A DNA stretch of 64,000 nt from Tubulanus polymorphus (Eukaryota > Animalia > Nemertea). Both the position numbers and the translations under genes were made by a program. Where the stretch lies: the NCBI RefSeq assembly GCF_964204645.1, contig NC_134035.1, forward strand, positions 6,657,101 through 6,721,100, given 5' to 3'. Each line of letters opens with the position of its first letter. Position 1 is the stretch's first letter. The notes beneath the pieces were generated by a model. It was not told the origin of the DNA and made no database searches. It was given only the letters and a program-made list of their open reading frames with translations. Below are positions 36,501-49,800 of this stretch, piece after piece.

Positions 36501-38285
36501 CACGTAATTTGAGACCGGACAATTTAATCAACTGAAGCAGATTTCTATTTAATAAAATTGTTGGTCCTCATTACTAATTAAGCTTCCCTGGGACTTTTTC
36601 AATATTATCACCAATGCTTAGTTAAGCTCAACGTTGAATTTTGATGCATCAGATTCAGTATTTCTCAAAATCTGTTACTTTCTGGACACTAAGTCCTTGA
36701 TTCCTGCTGATGGTCTTTTGAAGTACTTGGTTTTTAGCCCACTTGGGACTTTAGTCCCAGCGGGCTATTGCGTTCACTTTTCGTCTGTCCGTCCGTCCGT
36801 AGACGGAATCCAGTTATTTTGGGAAGTTTTGAAGACGCTTCAAGGTAATGTCTTGATGTTTAGTTTATACATGTATCTACCCTAGACACATCTTCAGCCC
36901 AAAAACTGGCCCTGTCAGAATCAAGATGGCCGACTGGCAGCCATTGTTGTTCGTCAAAATCAGCACTTTTTACACTTTTTGAACTTTTTGAGGGAAATTT
37001 TTAAGATGCTTTTATCAATTACCTTGATCTTTCGTATGTATTTGAATCCCCCAAGGGCCCATCACCATAAAAAAAATTGGGTGGATCGGACTCAAGATGG
37101 CCGTCCTATGACCTTTTTAGTGCCCAAAAATGTCAAATTTGGCCCAAGTTCTGAGTCCTGTAGCTTCCTACTGGTTTGCCATTTCTCATTGCAATTTGTG
37201 AAGGGTATTCTTTGGAAAGGGATGTTTTATACCTGAGCCAGGTATTTTTGATCGGCCAATAATGACGCAATTGGCGGCCATCTTGGTATCATCAGTACTC
37301 ATTGGTAGGTGGGAAAAAGTTTTTCCACATTATATTGATACCTACGCATATTTTGTTACCACAATCAATTGCACAGTTGAAGCTCATGACATTCTCTATG
37401 ATTATGGTGAGTTTTAAGGACATTAGATATTCTATATGGTCGCCAGGGGGCGTTGAATAGTAGAGTAACTTAGTATTTCCTTATTAGATTGGTACCTATT
37501 GTATAGGGCGTTGAATATTGAAATTGTTAGATTGTTGAGCATTGCATTCCCGAGTGGGCATGGTGTCCCTGGACCCCTAGTTACATTTCCCGACAGGAAA
37601 AAATCACAAGGAGTGAAATTCAATGATTTCGTGATTTTAAATCAATTTTCCAACAGGCAGGTGGTCATTTAACAATTGACATACACACTGGAACAATCCG
37701 CAAATTGAGTTCGACACTTCTTTGATGGCGATTCATAAACATGCTAGTGCTCAGCCATGCATGACTTATTTCATTTACAAGTAAACATCCAGGTCTACCA
37801 ACTTTATTCCCCAAATAGTAATTAAAATCATAGTTGATGAATTAGTAACCTTAAGGCAAAGGGTAACATATTTTCTGAGACACCCTGTATATGTATATGT
37901 TTATATATATGTATATGTATATTTTGTTTTGGCCTTTAAGCTTACCTAGATTAAGTGGGTCAAGCTGTTATCGATGACTTTCTAACCCATTTTACCTGCC
38001 TAGCTTCATTATTATCAGACACTGTTATGCTTTCCTCGTGATGATTCTATTAATAGCCAATTTTCTGTCACTTTCTAGGGACGAATGTTCATGTATCCGA
38101 AACCAGCATCCGAGCCCCCATCACCATCGCTATCCCGGGCATCAACTCCCGCTCCGTCTGACGGTGATGATGATGATGACGAAGAGGATGACGTTGACTC
38201 TGAGCAAGAAGAGGAGGAATTGTTAGAGCTCAATATCAAAAGCGCCGATGAGGAAAGCAATGCGAGCAGCACTATTAGTAAATGA
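18505..38285 (+). CDS. GYS: Glycogen synthase (about 705 aa; about 732 aa with the cassette exon)
   Basis: Exons 18505-18652, 26851-27032, 27187-27378, 27621-27806, 28060-28204, [28761-28878 or 29687-29804], 31154-31274, 31509-31675, 31789-31867, 32192-32305, 32470-32596, 33036-33193, 33478-33579, 34169-34240, (34997-35077), 38079-38285. All introns are GT-AG and phase-consistent. Motifs [72 protein letters not shown] and the C-terminal [14 protein letters not shown] phospho-cluster. Confidence 0.97.
19303..19917. mobile_element. MITE with about 100-bp TIRs and a 7-bp TSD (P-element-like)
   Basis: CACAGGCACTC...GAGTGCCTGTG termini. TSD AAAGGAT at 19296-19302 and 19918-19924. Confidence 0.75.
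20191..21575 (+). mobile_element. MULE/Mutator transposase 3' fragment and right end
   Basis: ORF 20191-20538 contains WNV...[10 protein letters not shown]...HPSIW, typical of a MULE C-terminus. The TGGGATT-repeat terminus ends GAATGTACACC, and a similar terminus lies at about 25575-25625. Confidence 0.65.
21885..22115 (+). pseudogene. Degraded non-LTR retrotransposon RT fragment
   Basis: Translates as [16 protein letters not shown]...WLSSYL* and [21 protein letters not shown], matching LINE RT motifs KAFD and GVPQGS. Confidence 0.7.
22841..23765. mobile_element. PIF/Harbinger-type MITE with internal 280-bp tandem amplification
   Basis: TAA TSD (22838-22840 and 23766-23768), imperfect TIR AGCCGGACGTAGGT / ACCTACGCCCTGCT, and units recurring at 23198, 23478 and 23758. 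Confidence 0.7.
26188..26444. mobile_element. Remnant inverted pLTR pair of a second PLE family, with a hammerhead motif
   Basis: Inverted arms of about 73 bp. The minus strand reads CACAA-CTGACGA-T-GATCTC-TAGGGT-GAGATC-GAAA. The plus-strand copy is degenerate. Confidence 0.65.
27850..28020 (+). mobile_element. SINE remnant (Deu/Nin-domain-like)
   Basis: CCTAGGCAAGACAC...TGTCTCTCTCCACTCAGGAGTAAGTGAGTA resembles the conserved central SINE domain. It is followed by a (TATGG)n tail. Confidence 0.4.
28761..28878 (+). CDS. GYS: Glycogen synthase exon 6a (alternative)
   Basis: 118 nt, ag/gt boundaries, encodes [40 protein letters not shown]. Confidence 0.85.
29687..29804 (+). CDS. GYS: Glycogen synthase exon 6b (alternative)
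   Basis: 118 nt, ag/gt boundaries, encodes [40 protein letters not shown]. Confidence 0.9.
33893..34075 (+). mobile_element. Truncated Helentron-associated (HINE/DINE-1-like) element
   Basis: Shares sequence with 36731-37582 and 62677-63797. Confidence 0.65.
36246..37887. mobile_element. Tc1/mariner-type MITE
   Basis: TA|CAGGGTGTCTCA ... TGAGACACCCTG|TA with extended imperfect TIRs. Confidence 0.75.
36731..37582 (+). mobile_element. Helentron-associated non-autonomous element
   Basis: Starts TTTTTAGCCC with a GGGACT/AGTCCC hairpin and a (GTCC)n microsatellite, and ends with a hairpin plus CTAGTT. Three copies occur in the window. Confidence 0.7.
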
Positions 38286-39641
38286 GAATTTTAGAAATTT
38301 TGCATCAAAAGAAGAATTTGAATAATCAGGGAATTAGACATGATAAGTTATTTTGAGATAGGAGGGCTTTTCTTCTAGTTGAACGTTAAATCATAGTTTC
38401 TTCCTTATAAATCAACCAAAGTCTGCAAAATGTTCTCAGTTGCACATTAGAAAAAAATGATTTTTAGGGGCGCAAGCTTGTATTCGTTCATGTGTCAAAT
38501 CATTCAAATGTGAATTTAGATAACGGAATATCTTCTATATGCGTGGTTAAACAAAGGGTTAGTTTTGTTTATCTGTATTCAGTACTAATGACGGGTAGGT
38601 ATTGAACTGATCATATCGTAAATAATCTATTTAACAAAAAAATGAATAATCATGATTTTAAATTTTACAAAATTAATATGGAATGAAATTTACTTGAATA
38701 TTCATAACAAGTAATATTACTTACCAGTAGATATATGAAAAATCGGTGATGTGCAGAATTTAAGGACCACTTAGTGGGCTGATTTTATAGATTGGATCTA
38801 ACTTCAACGAGAGGAAAAGAAATGATATTGCCTTGGTTGTATCTAGTGTAGTGTACTAGTGGTTTCATTGCGGACTGCTTATTTTGAGCTATGTTTGATG
38901 ACGAGTTGGCTACTTATGCAAAAAATAAAAGCTGTTTTGGTAATAAATACGTGTAGAATGAAATGACTAAAAATGTAAAATACAAAATGTACTGTTGAAT
39001 ATTGCTTAATTTATAAATGATCTAGACGTAGAAAAATAAATTGCTTCGACTGTGCCATAGTAGTGAGTGAAAGCTGTGATGATTATAAATGGTCTTAGAA
39101 TAGCCAGTTTAAGTATTATTAACATTAATTCTCCAGTCTGTTGGAGGGAGTGGCCAAAATGCCGGAATGGATGAATCATTTTCACTAGTGTAGTACGTGA
39201 AATTTTATTGTAGAAATGACAGAATATTTAAGTAGAATATAGAAGGGATTACCATCATATAGTTTTCAGTGTTATATTTCATGTTTGTGGTTTAACAGCC
39301 CTTCTCTCACAAAGGGGGATTTTTCTATCCTCATCTTGTTCTCTCGCCTAAGATTTTAGTCTTACTTTCTGGACAGCATCCGTCATGAAAAATGTTGGTT
39401 TGCGCATGACTGGGTCCTCCACCTAGTGTAGATGTCCTGTGGCCATTGAGACTAGGGGTAACGGGAAGCTAACTTGAAAAGGCCACAGAATGTACTAATG
39501 TACTAATGAACTATAGGGATTTAATACCAGAGCATCAAAATATGATCACCGAACTCTTTGGTCATTATTGATGGACTGATGTCTTTAGTCTACAGTGAAC
39601 TCACTTTAATCAGATCCCTAGTTTTATAATCACTAGATAGA

Positions 39642-39834
39642 GGCGCAGTGGCCGAGTGGTTTATGCCGCTGGTCACTGGTCTCGTCAATCCAGGGTTTGG
39701 GTTCAAACCCTGGTGGCAGCAGAGCTTCTTGGTCGAAGGTACTTCTCTGGTCTCTCCCCCATTGAGAAAAAGAAACATCGAACCCGCTTATAATGCTCTG
39801 TGTTGCGCTTAGCGGGTTGAGGTTGTTAAAAAAA
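39642..39834 (+). mobile_element. tRNA-derived SINE
   Basis: A box TGGCCGAGTGG, B box GGTTCAAACCC, poly-A tail, and a 14-bp TSD AATCACTAGATAGA (39628-39641 and 39835-39848). Confidence 0.85.
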
Positions 39835-40892
39835 AATCACTAGATAGACCTAACCCTCACTTGCCAGGACATATCTACGGTAGATTTTGATTGGTTAGAT
39901 TCCGGAATTCTCTTCTGATGCGTTCGTCTTGGCCAGAATGGAATGATCTGTAAACTGGATAGAAGCGGCTGGTAAAGAGTTTGTAATCCGGTATGCTATT
40001 CCTAAACCTGAATAAGTTCAATTAAAACCTTTCTCAATCACTTCCTCATGAGAGAGTGAATTTTCTGTTACAACAAAATTCCCTCTCCCTCCTCCAGTTA
40101 ATCAGCAGGTGAATGAAGAATATCTCCGATTCCCAGGTCCGTGGCATCATTTGCCTCTGAATGGATGACACGCTATTTTACTGATGGTCAACAACGAGCA
40201 ACACTCCAAAAACAGATACACAACACAAGCAATAAGTTCATACTCTGAAAGACATTTTACTTAATCATAATCATTTCATGAATTTGATAATAATATGTAC
40301 ATACATAAGTAATGTTTGTTAAACATCAACGCCATTCAAGCCTTGACACTAATACTGGCCTGATTATGATGAGTCTTAGTAGAGACTAGGTATATATGCA
40401 ATAATTTGTCACAAAAACAATTTCATAGCATGATAAATCTCTTAGTTTCTGAGCATCAGTAAACGAGTCAATTATTTCTTCCTTATAAATATCATATCAC
40501 CAGCGATCTTCATTAATAACGGCAAAACAGTCACTTACAGGTATCGCCTACATTTTGAATAATGGTTCATATGATTTATACGGTTAGGAACTAGTTCCTT
40601 GCCCGTTTACAAGTTAAAGTATAATGCATATACGTAGATCCCGGTGTAATGATTTCACTTTTTACGAATCTCGGTACAACTGAATATTTCTCAAATCCTG
40701 TCAAGTAAAATTCATTTTGCTGTAGCACGGATTCACGAAGTTATGCCGGTGTTCAAATGTACTAAAATTTCAACTGGATATACAGAAACGTGATTTCATC
40801 GGCTCGTTTTAGATGTATATATACATTTAAATACTCGCAATATCACAGTTTTTAACAAAACCAGAGGCAGTGAAGGTCATTATCCGATGATG

Positions 40893-43800
40893 CTAACAAA
40901 ATGGTGAAGCGGTCGGATCAATTGTATTGAACATTTGTTTTAACGAAGCCGAACTCATTTGATCCGTAATTGCTTCGGCATTTTGAGACTCGGCGACAGA
41001 TTCGGGAAACGCGGCCTGCTGGGATGATTGTTGAACACCGACAAAGGGAGGTCTGGAAGCGTCCAGCGAACCGGTCGCTGCCCCTCGCGGATCTTTACTA
41101 CCGCGACTGGATGATATCGATTGTTGCGTTGATCGCACGTGTTGAGAATTTGGAGGCCGATTGTAAGCGGAATACGAGTTCATTGTGTCAATACTATCGA
41201 CGCCTCCCAGCGGCGATGTGTACTCAAAACGTTCTTTATAGCTCTGATCAACCGGTGGCGCGTATTGTAATTCACCGGTTAATTGTTCATCACTGCCGAT
41301 AGTAGCACCTTTTTGCGTCTGTAATTCGCCACCACTGTTTTGTTTCGTCGATGGACGTCGTTTAAATCGAGGGTCGTAACGATGCGATAGAGTCACCGAT
41401 GACGACGAGTTCGATCCTGCCGGAGGTGATTCGCAGAGATTTTCCGGTATTTCGCTTTGTTCGTAAGCGCATTCAACGGTATCCGTCTGCTGACCCAAAC
41501 CTACCCCTAAAACTCCTCCGGTCGAATTATCCGGTGGCTTTAGTAACAGTCTCGGCATTTGAGTCAGAGGATCTGGACTTTGAATATCGGCGTCCAATTT
41601 AGAATCGGAAAGAGCCATTCTTGGATCGAATGGTTTTTGTGGTATATTGTTCAGCGGCTGCTGTTGTACGACTCGCGTACGTGGATCACTAGAATTCGTA
41701 CTCAAACTCCTCTGCAATGTCGCCGCTGCCGGCTTTAACGACGTCGGTAAATTCGGAAGCGACTGTTGCTCGGTCAACAACGGAGGTAGTTCTAATTTTG
41801 GTAATGAGCTGACAGGTGGCGCTTTGATCGCCATCGGTTTCACGTTGATGTGACTGTACCTTAAGAATCGTGGATCGTCTTTCCAACGAGGGTCAGTTTT
41901 ATCGATGTCCCCGGGTAGACTCGGACGCTGATGCGGTTCCAACATGACCGGTCTCAACATGTAAACCATCGGCGATGGAGTCAATGCGTATATCTCTTCA
42001 TTTGGATCGATCGGAGGACCGTGACGACTGACCAATGGAGGAAGCGTAAACCCACCGCTCGAAGGAGATACGTGGCCGGTCGACATTCTCGGGTCGCGCT
42101 GTTGTACGGCACCGATCCGAGGATCCGAAGTACTACGAGACAGAGGAGCGTTTTGATTCTGCGACGCCGGAATGTTCTGTTGTGTCTCTGATGATGGGAG
42201 ACGCGACTGTAAACGTGGATCCGATTGTTGTTGAGTATTGGTAGTAGCAGCGACAGACATACGTGGATCTCTATTGCGCGGATCAGTTGCGGGTGTCGAG
42301 TTTATTCTTCTTGGATCGCGAAAGGGAGCAGCAGCGCTGAAAGCGATTAAACAAGCGTTAATGAATGTTTCATGTCATTGCCCAGAATGGAGAAAGACCA
42401 TAGGGGAGGTTACAATATTGGACATCTGGTCGATTGCATCAAATGAGAGAATCTGAATACACACAGAAAAAGTTTCTCTTCTGAAAGAATTCAAGTTTTT
42501 GCTTAAATTCTTAGATGAAAAATTGACAGAAGTAGGGGACCAGGGAACCTATATACCGTATTTACCTATTTGGTGCGGATGAAGGAGCAGGCGCCCCCAC
42601 ACCAGGTGGTGGCTGCGACGACTGATGACGTAAAAACGATAACATTCCATTGATATCGAAACCAGATGGTGGCGGCGGCATCCCTGGAGGTGGTAATAGA
42701 GGCATACCAGGTGGTGGGAGAGGCATCGGTGGAAGTCCCCCGAACGACTGCAGTAATGGGTTGCTTTGAACTTGACCAGAAGCCGTGCTCTACAATATAC
42801 AAAGAGAAACTTATGTAAAAGTAATGAAATGAACGCATGAAAATAACTACAGCCCAGGTCTCCTCATAATAAACGTGGTTTTTTCACAAAATTGTCTTTC
42901 GTTTAACGGACTGAGGGTCCAGTAGGATCAACTAACAGCATTTTAATTTTGAGCTTTCTCAACGGATTTGCAATAGTATGTTAAGAGGAAATCTTGGAGC
43001 ACAACACCGTAGCAATCATGTTCAACTTTGATAATAAACATGGTAATGAGGCTCCCCCATGACCTACTAGCACATGGCAGAATAATCAATACTATGTTCT
43101 AAATTCATGTTCTTGACGACATCATAGAAAAGTCCTTCAGTGTGCAACATTGACTTTGTATTATAGTGTAAATTTCATATTTTCTTTGTGTACAGTTTGT
43201 TGCTACATGTTGCCTGTGAATTATTAATCAGCCGGTTATTCATCTGTCTGTCGCACCTCATTCATTGTCTTTTCTTACTATGTCTCTGTCATGCTCAAAC
43301 TGTGAGTTAGTTAGTAGTTGAAGAATATTTGTCTTAGCTACAAGCAAGCATGCCCGCTTGGAGTTCCAAGTTGGAAATAAACTACGATACACAATTTAGA
43401 GCAACTCTTCTTGTCTCTCTGGACTTTCCAAAACTGTCAAAGGCTTCAGATGACAATGATCGAAGCCGGCTTATAAGCGTCGCGATAAGTCTCATAATAT
43501 TTGGATGCTGATGGGCTAATTTCCCAGTGATGTCATTGTCAAGAAACTATGTCAAGCATCGATTAGTGGAATGGGGAAAAATTAATTGAAATTTTTCCTC
43601 ATTTTCGGCCAGTACTTCCTAACGGCTTAGAGCTGATGGATGAAACTTTGCATATTAATTCCAACACCTATTTCCCTCCTAATGACAAAATATCAGCTGT
43701 GTATATTCTTACAATTTGTGCCACCAAGTGCTAACAGAAAGTTACTCTCAAACTATTCTATACGGATCAACTGAATGGATGATTATTTTTTACCTTCTGA

Positions 43801-46800
43801 GCGATGTCTTTAAGCACATCGGAAAGACTTTTCTTCGGCATTGAAGTTTCATCATCGCTACTATCTGAATACCAATCTTCATCATCTTCATCAGCTTGTT
43901 AATTAGAAGAATGAAATAATTTTTATAGAACCGAAAAACAATTATATAGTTCAGTATCATGTGATTTAGAAAAACCAAGGCTACGAGGAACTCGGGTTTC
44001 TATCTTAGTACCATTTTTATCGCCTACAAAACAAACTGCACATATTCATAGGTACATGCTAATAATATATATTCATAGCCTGTTTGCTTACGGCATTTCC
44101 AAATGCTATCTATAGTTCACATCCACGCTCAATAAAGTGACAACTAGGTCTATAGTCCATTAATTAATGGATGAGACCCAATTTTCTGGGATATTGCTGA
44201 AATTATTACCTCAATAACCAGAAAACCCAGACTCAAAGGCCCCTTAAAATATAATGAGTGTACCCAAAACAGAAGTTTTTATCTCCTATTTAGTGTATGT
44301 ACACATAGAAAGTGATATATGTTATTTACCTCCTTTTTTGTCCTTTTTGCTCTTCTTTGGTTTGTTCTTCTCATCAACTGTTTCAGTTGTTGATGAAGTT
44401 GGGCTTGAACTGCCTTCACCGGGTTGCTGCACCTGCTGTAGCCGCAACAGTAACTGTCGTTGCACCGGTGGTAGATTATCAGGAATTTCAAATGCGGCAA
44501 TTTTTCGGCCGTCTTGTGGATTTTCTGCAGATTTCTCATCAATCGTCGTTGATTGCGCTGCCTCCGTTGGTTCTTCTACGCTTTCGCCTAATTCAACATT
44601 AATCAGAGATAATGAGTAAAAAAACTTTTCATGAGCTTTAAATGGCGGGTTCTAATGAGAATGGAACATCTGTGATGGACTAGTCAAAATTAACCCCGAT
44701 AAACTACAATACTTTCTATACTGACAAAATCCTAATTAGGAGTTGACTTTTTTTTAAAAGAATAATGTTATTTGATTGAAATGATCTAAATTCCAATTTG
44801 TGAGTCAGTTTTACATTATGTAGCAAGGCAATTTTCTCTAAAATACTTTGAAATAAGACAAATATTTCTTACAGAGAAAATAATCATGTTCCAATGGAAA
44901 AATGAAATATGAGCCTGCGTTTCCATATATGTGACAATAAATTATTGGTTGGCTACACAACAATGCATTGTAATTTAGAGCAATTTGGCAACTGTGCGCA
45001 CAAAAAATGAACAAATATTGACATGGCCATGTGGTCAAAATCTACATCAAAATTTGCGTTGAGGCTTTGATGAGGGTAAAACATCATGTGGGTTTGCACA
45101 CATTTTCAATATCAGTTATGCATATATTTACGTACCAGCAGGTTGACTATCACTCGTTTGATCTTTTTCTGTTGGCTCTTTATTCTCCTTATTATTTTCA
45201 TTTTCTTCTTTCGTAACGGAGCTAGCACCGGCAGTTTTATCAGTCTGTAACTCGAGTTGTTTTTCCATCTCGATGTCCTCATTATCCGATGGAACCGGGG
45301 TATCTTGTTGATTCTCTTCTGGATTTTGCGAAGAAGTCGGTGGTTGATGTCTGGTTTGTTGTTGTATGGCGCTCGCCAGGGCGTGAGCGACGGCATTGAC
45401 GACCGAATTCGCTGATGGCTGCGGTGGAGGCGGTAACGACATTCCCGGCGGGGGACCACCAATCATCATACCCGGTGGCATTTGTGGCGTCGGTAAAAGC
45501 GGAGGTCGCATTGGCATTCGTTGTGGTGACATAAATGTATCTTGATAGAAACCACTGTGACTGAAAATAACAAGCCATCAATGCTACAAATTATACGTGA
45601 CAATGTGTTGGAGTATAGTATACCAGTTAAGTTCCCTTGATTTAATTTCAGGAACAAATACTTCCGAGATGAATTTGGCTTTTCCTTTGTCTCCATGATT
45701 TGTATACGGCAGATAATGTGGTATAAAATTGGCATATCACTTGTAGTGATTCTTACCCTGGTGCGGAAAAATTCTCCTTCGGTGGCGGAGCGAGATCTAA
45801 ATCTAAAAGCGAGGGTATCTTCTTGTCTGTGGATGACGTTCCTGCGCAAAGAAAATACAGGAAAACTTAATTCACGAGTCATTAATGCGGAACTAGGGCC
45901 CAGCCCGAGAATCGAGAAAAATGTTCACCTTTTAATTCGCTAGATTTTTTTGGTGATCTACGTGGAGGCCGGTGATGGTCGTCATGGTTACGACCGAGCA
46001 GATTATCGAGGATCTCTTTCTGTTCATCACTCATCGGATTTGCGTGTGAGAATTTACACTTTTCGCCCGCGTAACACGGCGCGCCGGTTTGATAATATTT
46101 ACATGGAAACTCGCGTGGAAATCAATGTCAAGGAAATTACAAACAAACCGTTCTGAACATCATTTTATTTTGAAGTGTAGTGATAGAAGGCATTAAAACT
46201 AAAGTACTTTGAAATACTGGTTTCGTCATTGATTCGAATTGAGCAATAGTTCATTGGCCTGTTGCCAGTCAGCAACAATGAAAATGCAAATATTCAGTTT
46301 CCATCCCTTCTGCTTAATGGGTAGATGATTTATACCCGGTACACTTAAGGAGGACTCTAGTCAGCTTATGAATTATTAGTGTTTGACTCCAAGGTTGAAA
46401 TGAGCGTGTCTATTGAAGGTGACTGTAGCAACATTCCATCTTTCTGTCCAAGGGCTTCTACTTGTCAGAGATGATAATTCCCCGCGGATCCGCGGATTTC
46501 GGAATTGAAAAATATCATTTTTCCAAATAGTCCAAAAATGATGTAAAAGTATAGGGGGGGGGGGGGGGTGATGATTTTATCGATCAGTTGCAGACACGCG
46601 CGCGCGGCAACAGTAATGTATATAGGCCTACTACTGTTGTGGCGCGTGTACCAGGCAAACGCCTTTTGATATTATACAGTGTGATGATTTTTAGTGAGCA
46701 TTCATCGGCGCATTTTAACAGCAATAATTCAGGGCTCGACCCGTAATGCATGAGATGCTGATTGTTATAGAATGAGGATGTGCCACATTGGAAATAGCCA

Positions 46801-49800
46801 TTACCTTCCAAAATATAATAGTCGTTCATAGTTTCAAGATCGCTCAAGTTTTTTAAAAACGCTTTTAATTTCTAAAATATTCTTGGGGGAGGGCCCCAAT
46901 GACACCTTAATTGCTTCGCGCCTTTGGCGTTCGCGAGTGAAGGCTCTCTGTTACTCGAGAGAAACACCGCGGATTTCAAGGGTCAGCGTTCTCATCTCTG
47001 ACTTGTTTTAGTCCAAGTTAAACAAGATTTTTCATGAGCATTCCTCATAGATGAATTGATAAATGACAAATGAGATCGTACATTGAAAAGGATATCATGC
47101 ATGTAAATGCAGTTGTCCGCTTTTGTACATTGACTGACGATGTAAAATTTACAGACTTCTGGTCGTTTTATCGGCGCAAACTCATGACTGAATGGACATT
47201 CTTTCTCCTAAAATGAAACAGTTTAATCATACATACTAAGAAAATACAGTACTTGGCTAAACTTTCATGTAACATATTTCCCTATAATGTCTACAATGCT
47301 AAATGATTTCTCTTTAAAGAGCAAATGCCATCAAAATAGAATATTGTGTAGAAGTCATTTTCAAATGTGATGTATTCACAAATATCAAATATGCTACTGG
47401 TTTGAATTTCAGTTCAGCCATTTCTGAGAAATACTGTAGGTCTGTGAATACGGTGAACTAATGATGTTTATTTTATCGATTATACATAGGCTATGCATAC
47501 TAGCGCGCACACATGCTTGTGTTGATTGTCATAGATAACATCATAAAAAGCCCTACCGCGGGTTGTATGTGAACTATACACACAGAGTGAAGGATAATGA
47601 CTAATTTACGACTAATTCAAGCTGCTTTTTTCGATAAGTCAGATCGCAGGTCGTTATATATATTTACTAAAGTTTCTTCTGGTTAAGAAATCACGGAAAG
47701 TTCAATTTTGACAGCATTTACAATTTGCCTCAGAGCAAACAGAAGTGAAATGTTGCTTTTGCCTTCCTTACCTTCGCACAATGTCCGTCTTTGAAAAATC
47801 GACAGGGCTGTTTCGGCCTTTCTTGTTGAAGTTGAGTATTAAGATCTGATTTGTTAAATGTTTTGCCACCTGATTCCACGTACTTCCGGTATTTCTCAGA
47901 CTTTTTAATCTGTTTCATGCTGAGCTGTTCGCTGCGGCTACCGCCACCTTCACCGAAGGCAGGACCATTCCCGAAAGCTTGTCCATGCGAGTTGTTTCCT
48001 CCACGTCCACCACGACTGCCACGCCCTCTATTGCTACGACTTCCACGCCCACCTCGTCCTCTTCCTCGACCTCGACCAAATGCTTGGCTCTGCAAGAAAA
48101 ATACACAATTTGAATCAATGTATCCCCTCTCACATGACCCTCCCTCACATAACACATCCGACTTTTCAATATTACCTGAGTTTGTCTATCGTTGTTAAAC
48201 ATATCATTATCGCTGTCATCATTATTACCAAAATCTCCACCTCGATAGTCTCGGCCACGTCTGAATCAGAAAAAACATATTTTTACCGAGTTAAATTTCC
48301 AGATATGAGCATCAATCGTCAGTTTACCTTCAGTATAAAAACCACCAGTATTTATCGGAATGTATTCAACATTCAAAATAATATAATTATTTTGGCCTAT
48401 ATGTTAGAACAATAGATGCTGTAGTTGATATGGCTGCGAGTTTTACTTCTATTTCTGCTATTAACAGATTACGACTGCTGTTCAATGTATTAGTGTTAAG
48501 ATGACTGCCTGCCTCGGTATTCCCATGGCTAAACACAACCAGTGGTATCGATGTCGTAGGCTCTAAGCCTTTTCATTAAATTCTACTGTCATCCTCATCA
48601 TCAAATCAATCAATAGCAACATAACCAAACATTTTCACTGCACCCTGAAATTTTTTGGATGTTCCGTAAATAATTATCATAAATCTTATATACCTTTGTC
48701 GAGGAGAGCTGAATGGCTCATCAAATTCATCATCATGTGAAGGACTAGCACCATCTCCTGGAGGATACCTATCATCACCGCTACCATAATCATCATAACC
48801 CCGATCTAAAGGATCCCGTTCACGATCCGGACTGCCGTAATAATCGTTACCATATTTATCCTGAGGGCTGCGGTCTCTTTTACCGCGCGAAGATGATGAA
48901 TGCCAATTTTGTGCCATTTCACTCCAATCCGATGCCGATTTTTCCGCGTGATGGTGGTGGCCGCCGCGTCGGCGTGGTGATGACTTTTTGTTGTCGGCGG
49001 ATAGTTCACCGCCTTCATCCTCGTCATCGCTGTGGTCATGTCGAGAACGATGATGTTTCTTCTTACGCTGCAATAAAAAAAGTATAGAATATCATTTCAT
49101 AAGTTGACATAGACAGAGTACAGTGAATCTCTATTGTTTACAAAAAAAAATTAAGAGCTTGGAAGTTAAGACCATTTTAAACTTTAAACCTGTGGGGTTG
49201 ACACGTATACTGCCACTGTGATGATAGTGTTGCTTCATCGAGCCACTATCATCAACAAGAAAATTAATTTCAATAAATTATTTGACGCCTGAGAAAAAAA
49301 TGTAGAATTTTTGGGATAGGCTTATGTGGAATTGCAAATTTGAAATCGAAGTTTTAAGAAATTTGGGGAAATATGATACGATTGGGTAGATTATACAGGT
49401 CTTCGACTGGTTTATGTAATTTTTAGGGTTTCTGCTGCTTTCGCAGAAACCCTCTTGTAATTCTGTTGATTATTATTATTATAAATTTTCTACTTTCCAG
49501 CCAAAAATTTTTCATAAAATGTAACTCCTCTCAGATTTGACTACTAACAGCTTATAAACATAATTTTCAATTCTGTCAGAAATATAACTCAGCGCCTGAC
49601 CATTTCCAATTTCCGTATCGTAATTTATTATGAATTAATCCCGCGTAATTACCGGGTCTAAACAGCGACAAAGATAACGCAAAAATCATCATCTATTGAT
49701 AAAAGTGCACCCCGAAAAGCCTAAGATTACCGGATGACCTTGAGCGTCAACTCAACCATAAATCACGGATTCAGACTCAAAATAGTCCGGACACGTCAAT

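Larger units (their letters stand above)
35990..37935. mobile_element. Non-autonomous TIR element (outer member of a nest)
   Basis: AGGCCAAAACAAAATATA and TATATTTTGTTTTGGCCT termini; TTAA on the right flank. Confidence 0.55.

Noticed and set aside
39642-39720. Possible tRNA gene
   Set aside because: No proper cloverleaf; the poly-A tail and TSD indicate a SINE.
40970-42456. Plus-strand ORFs over the ZC3H4-like last exon
   Set aside because: Antisense shadows of a real coding exon.
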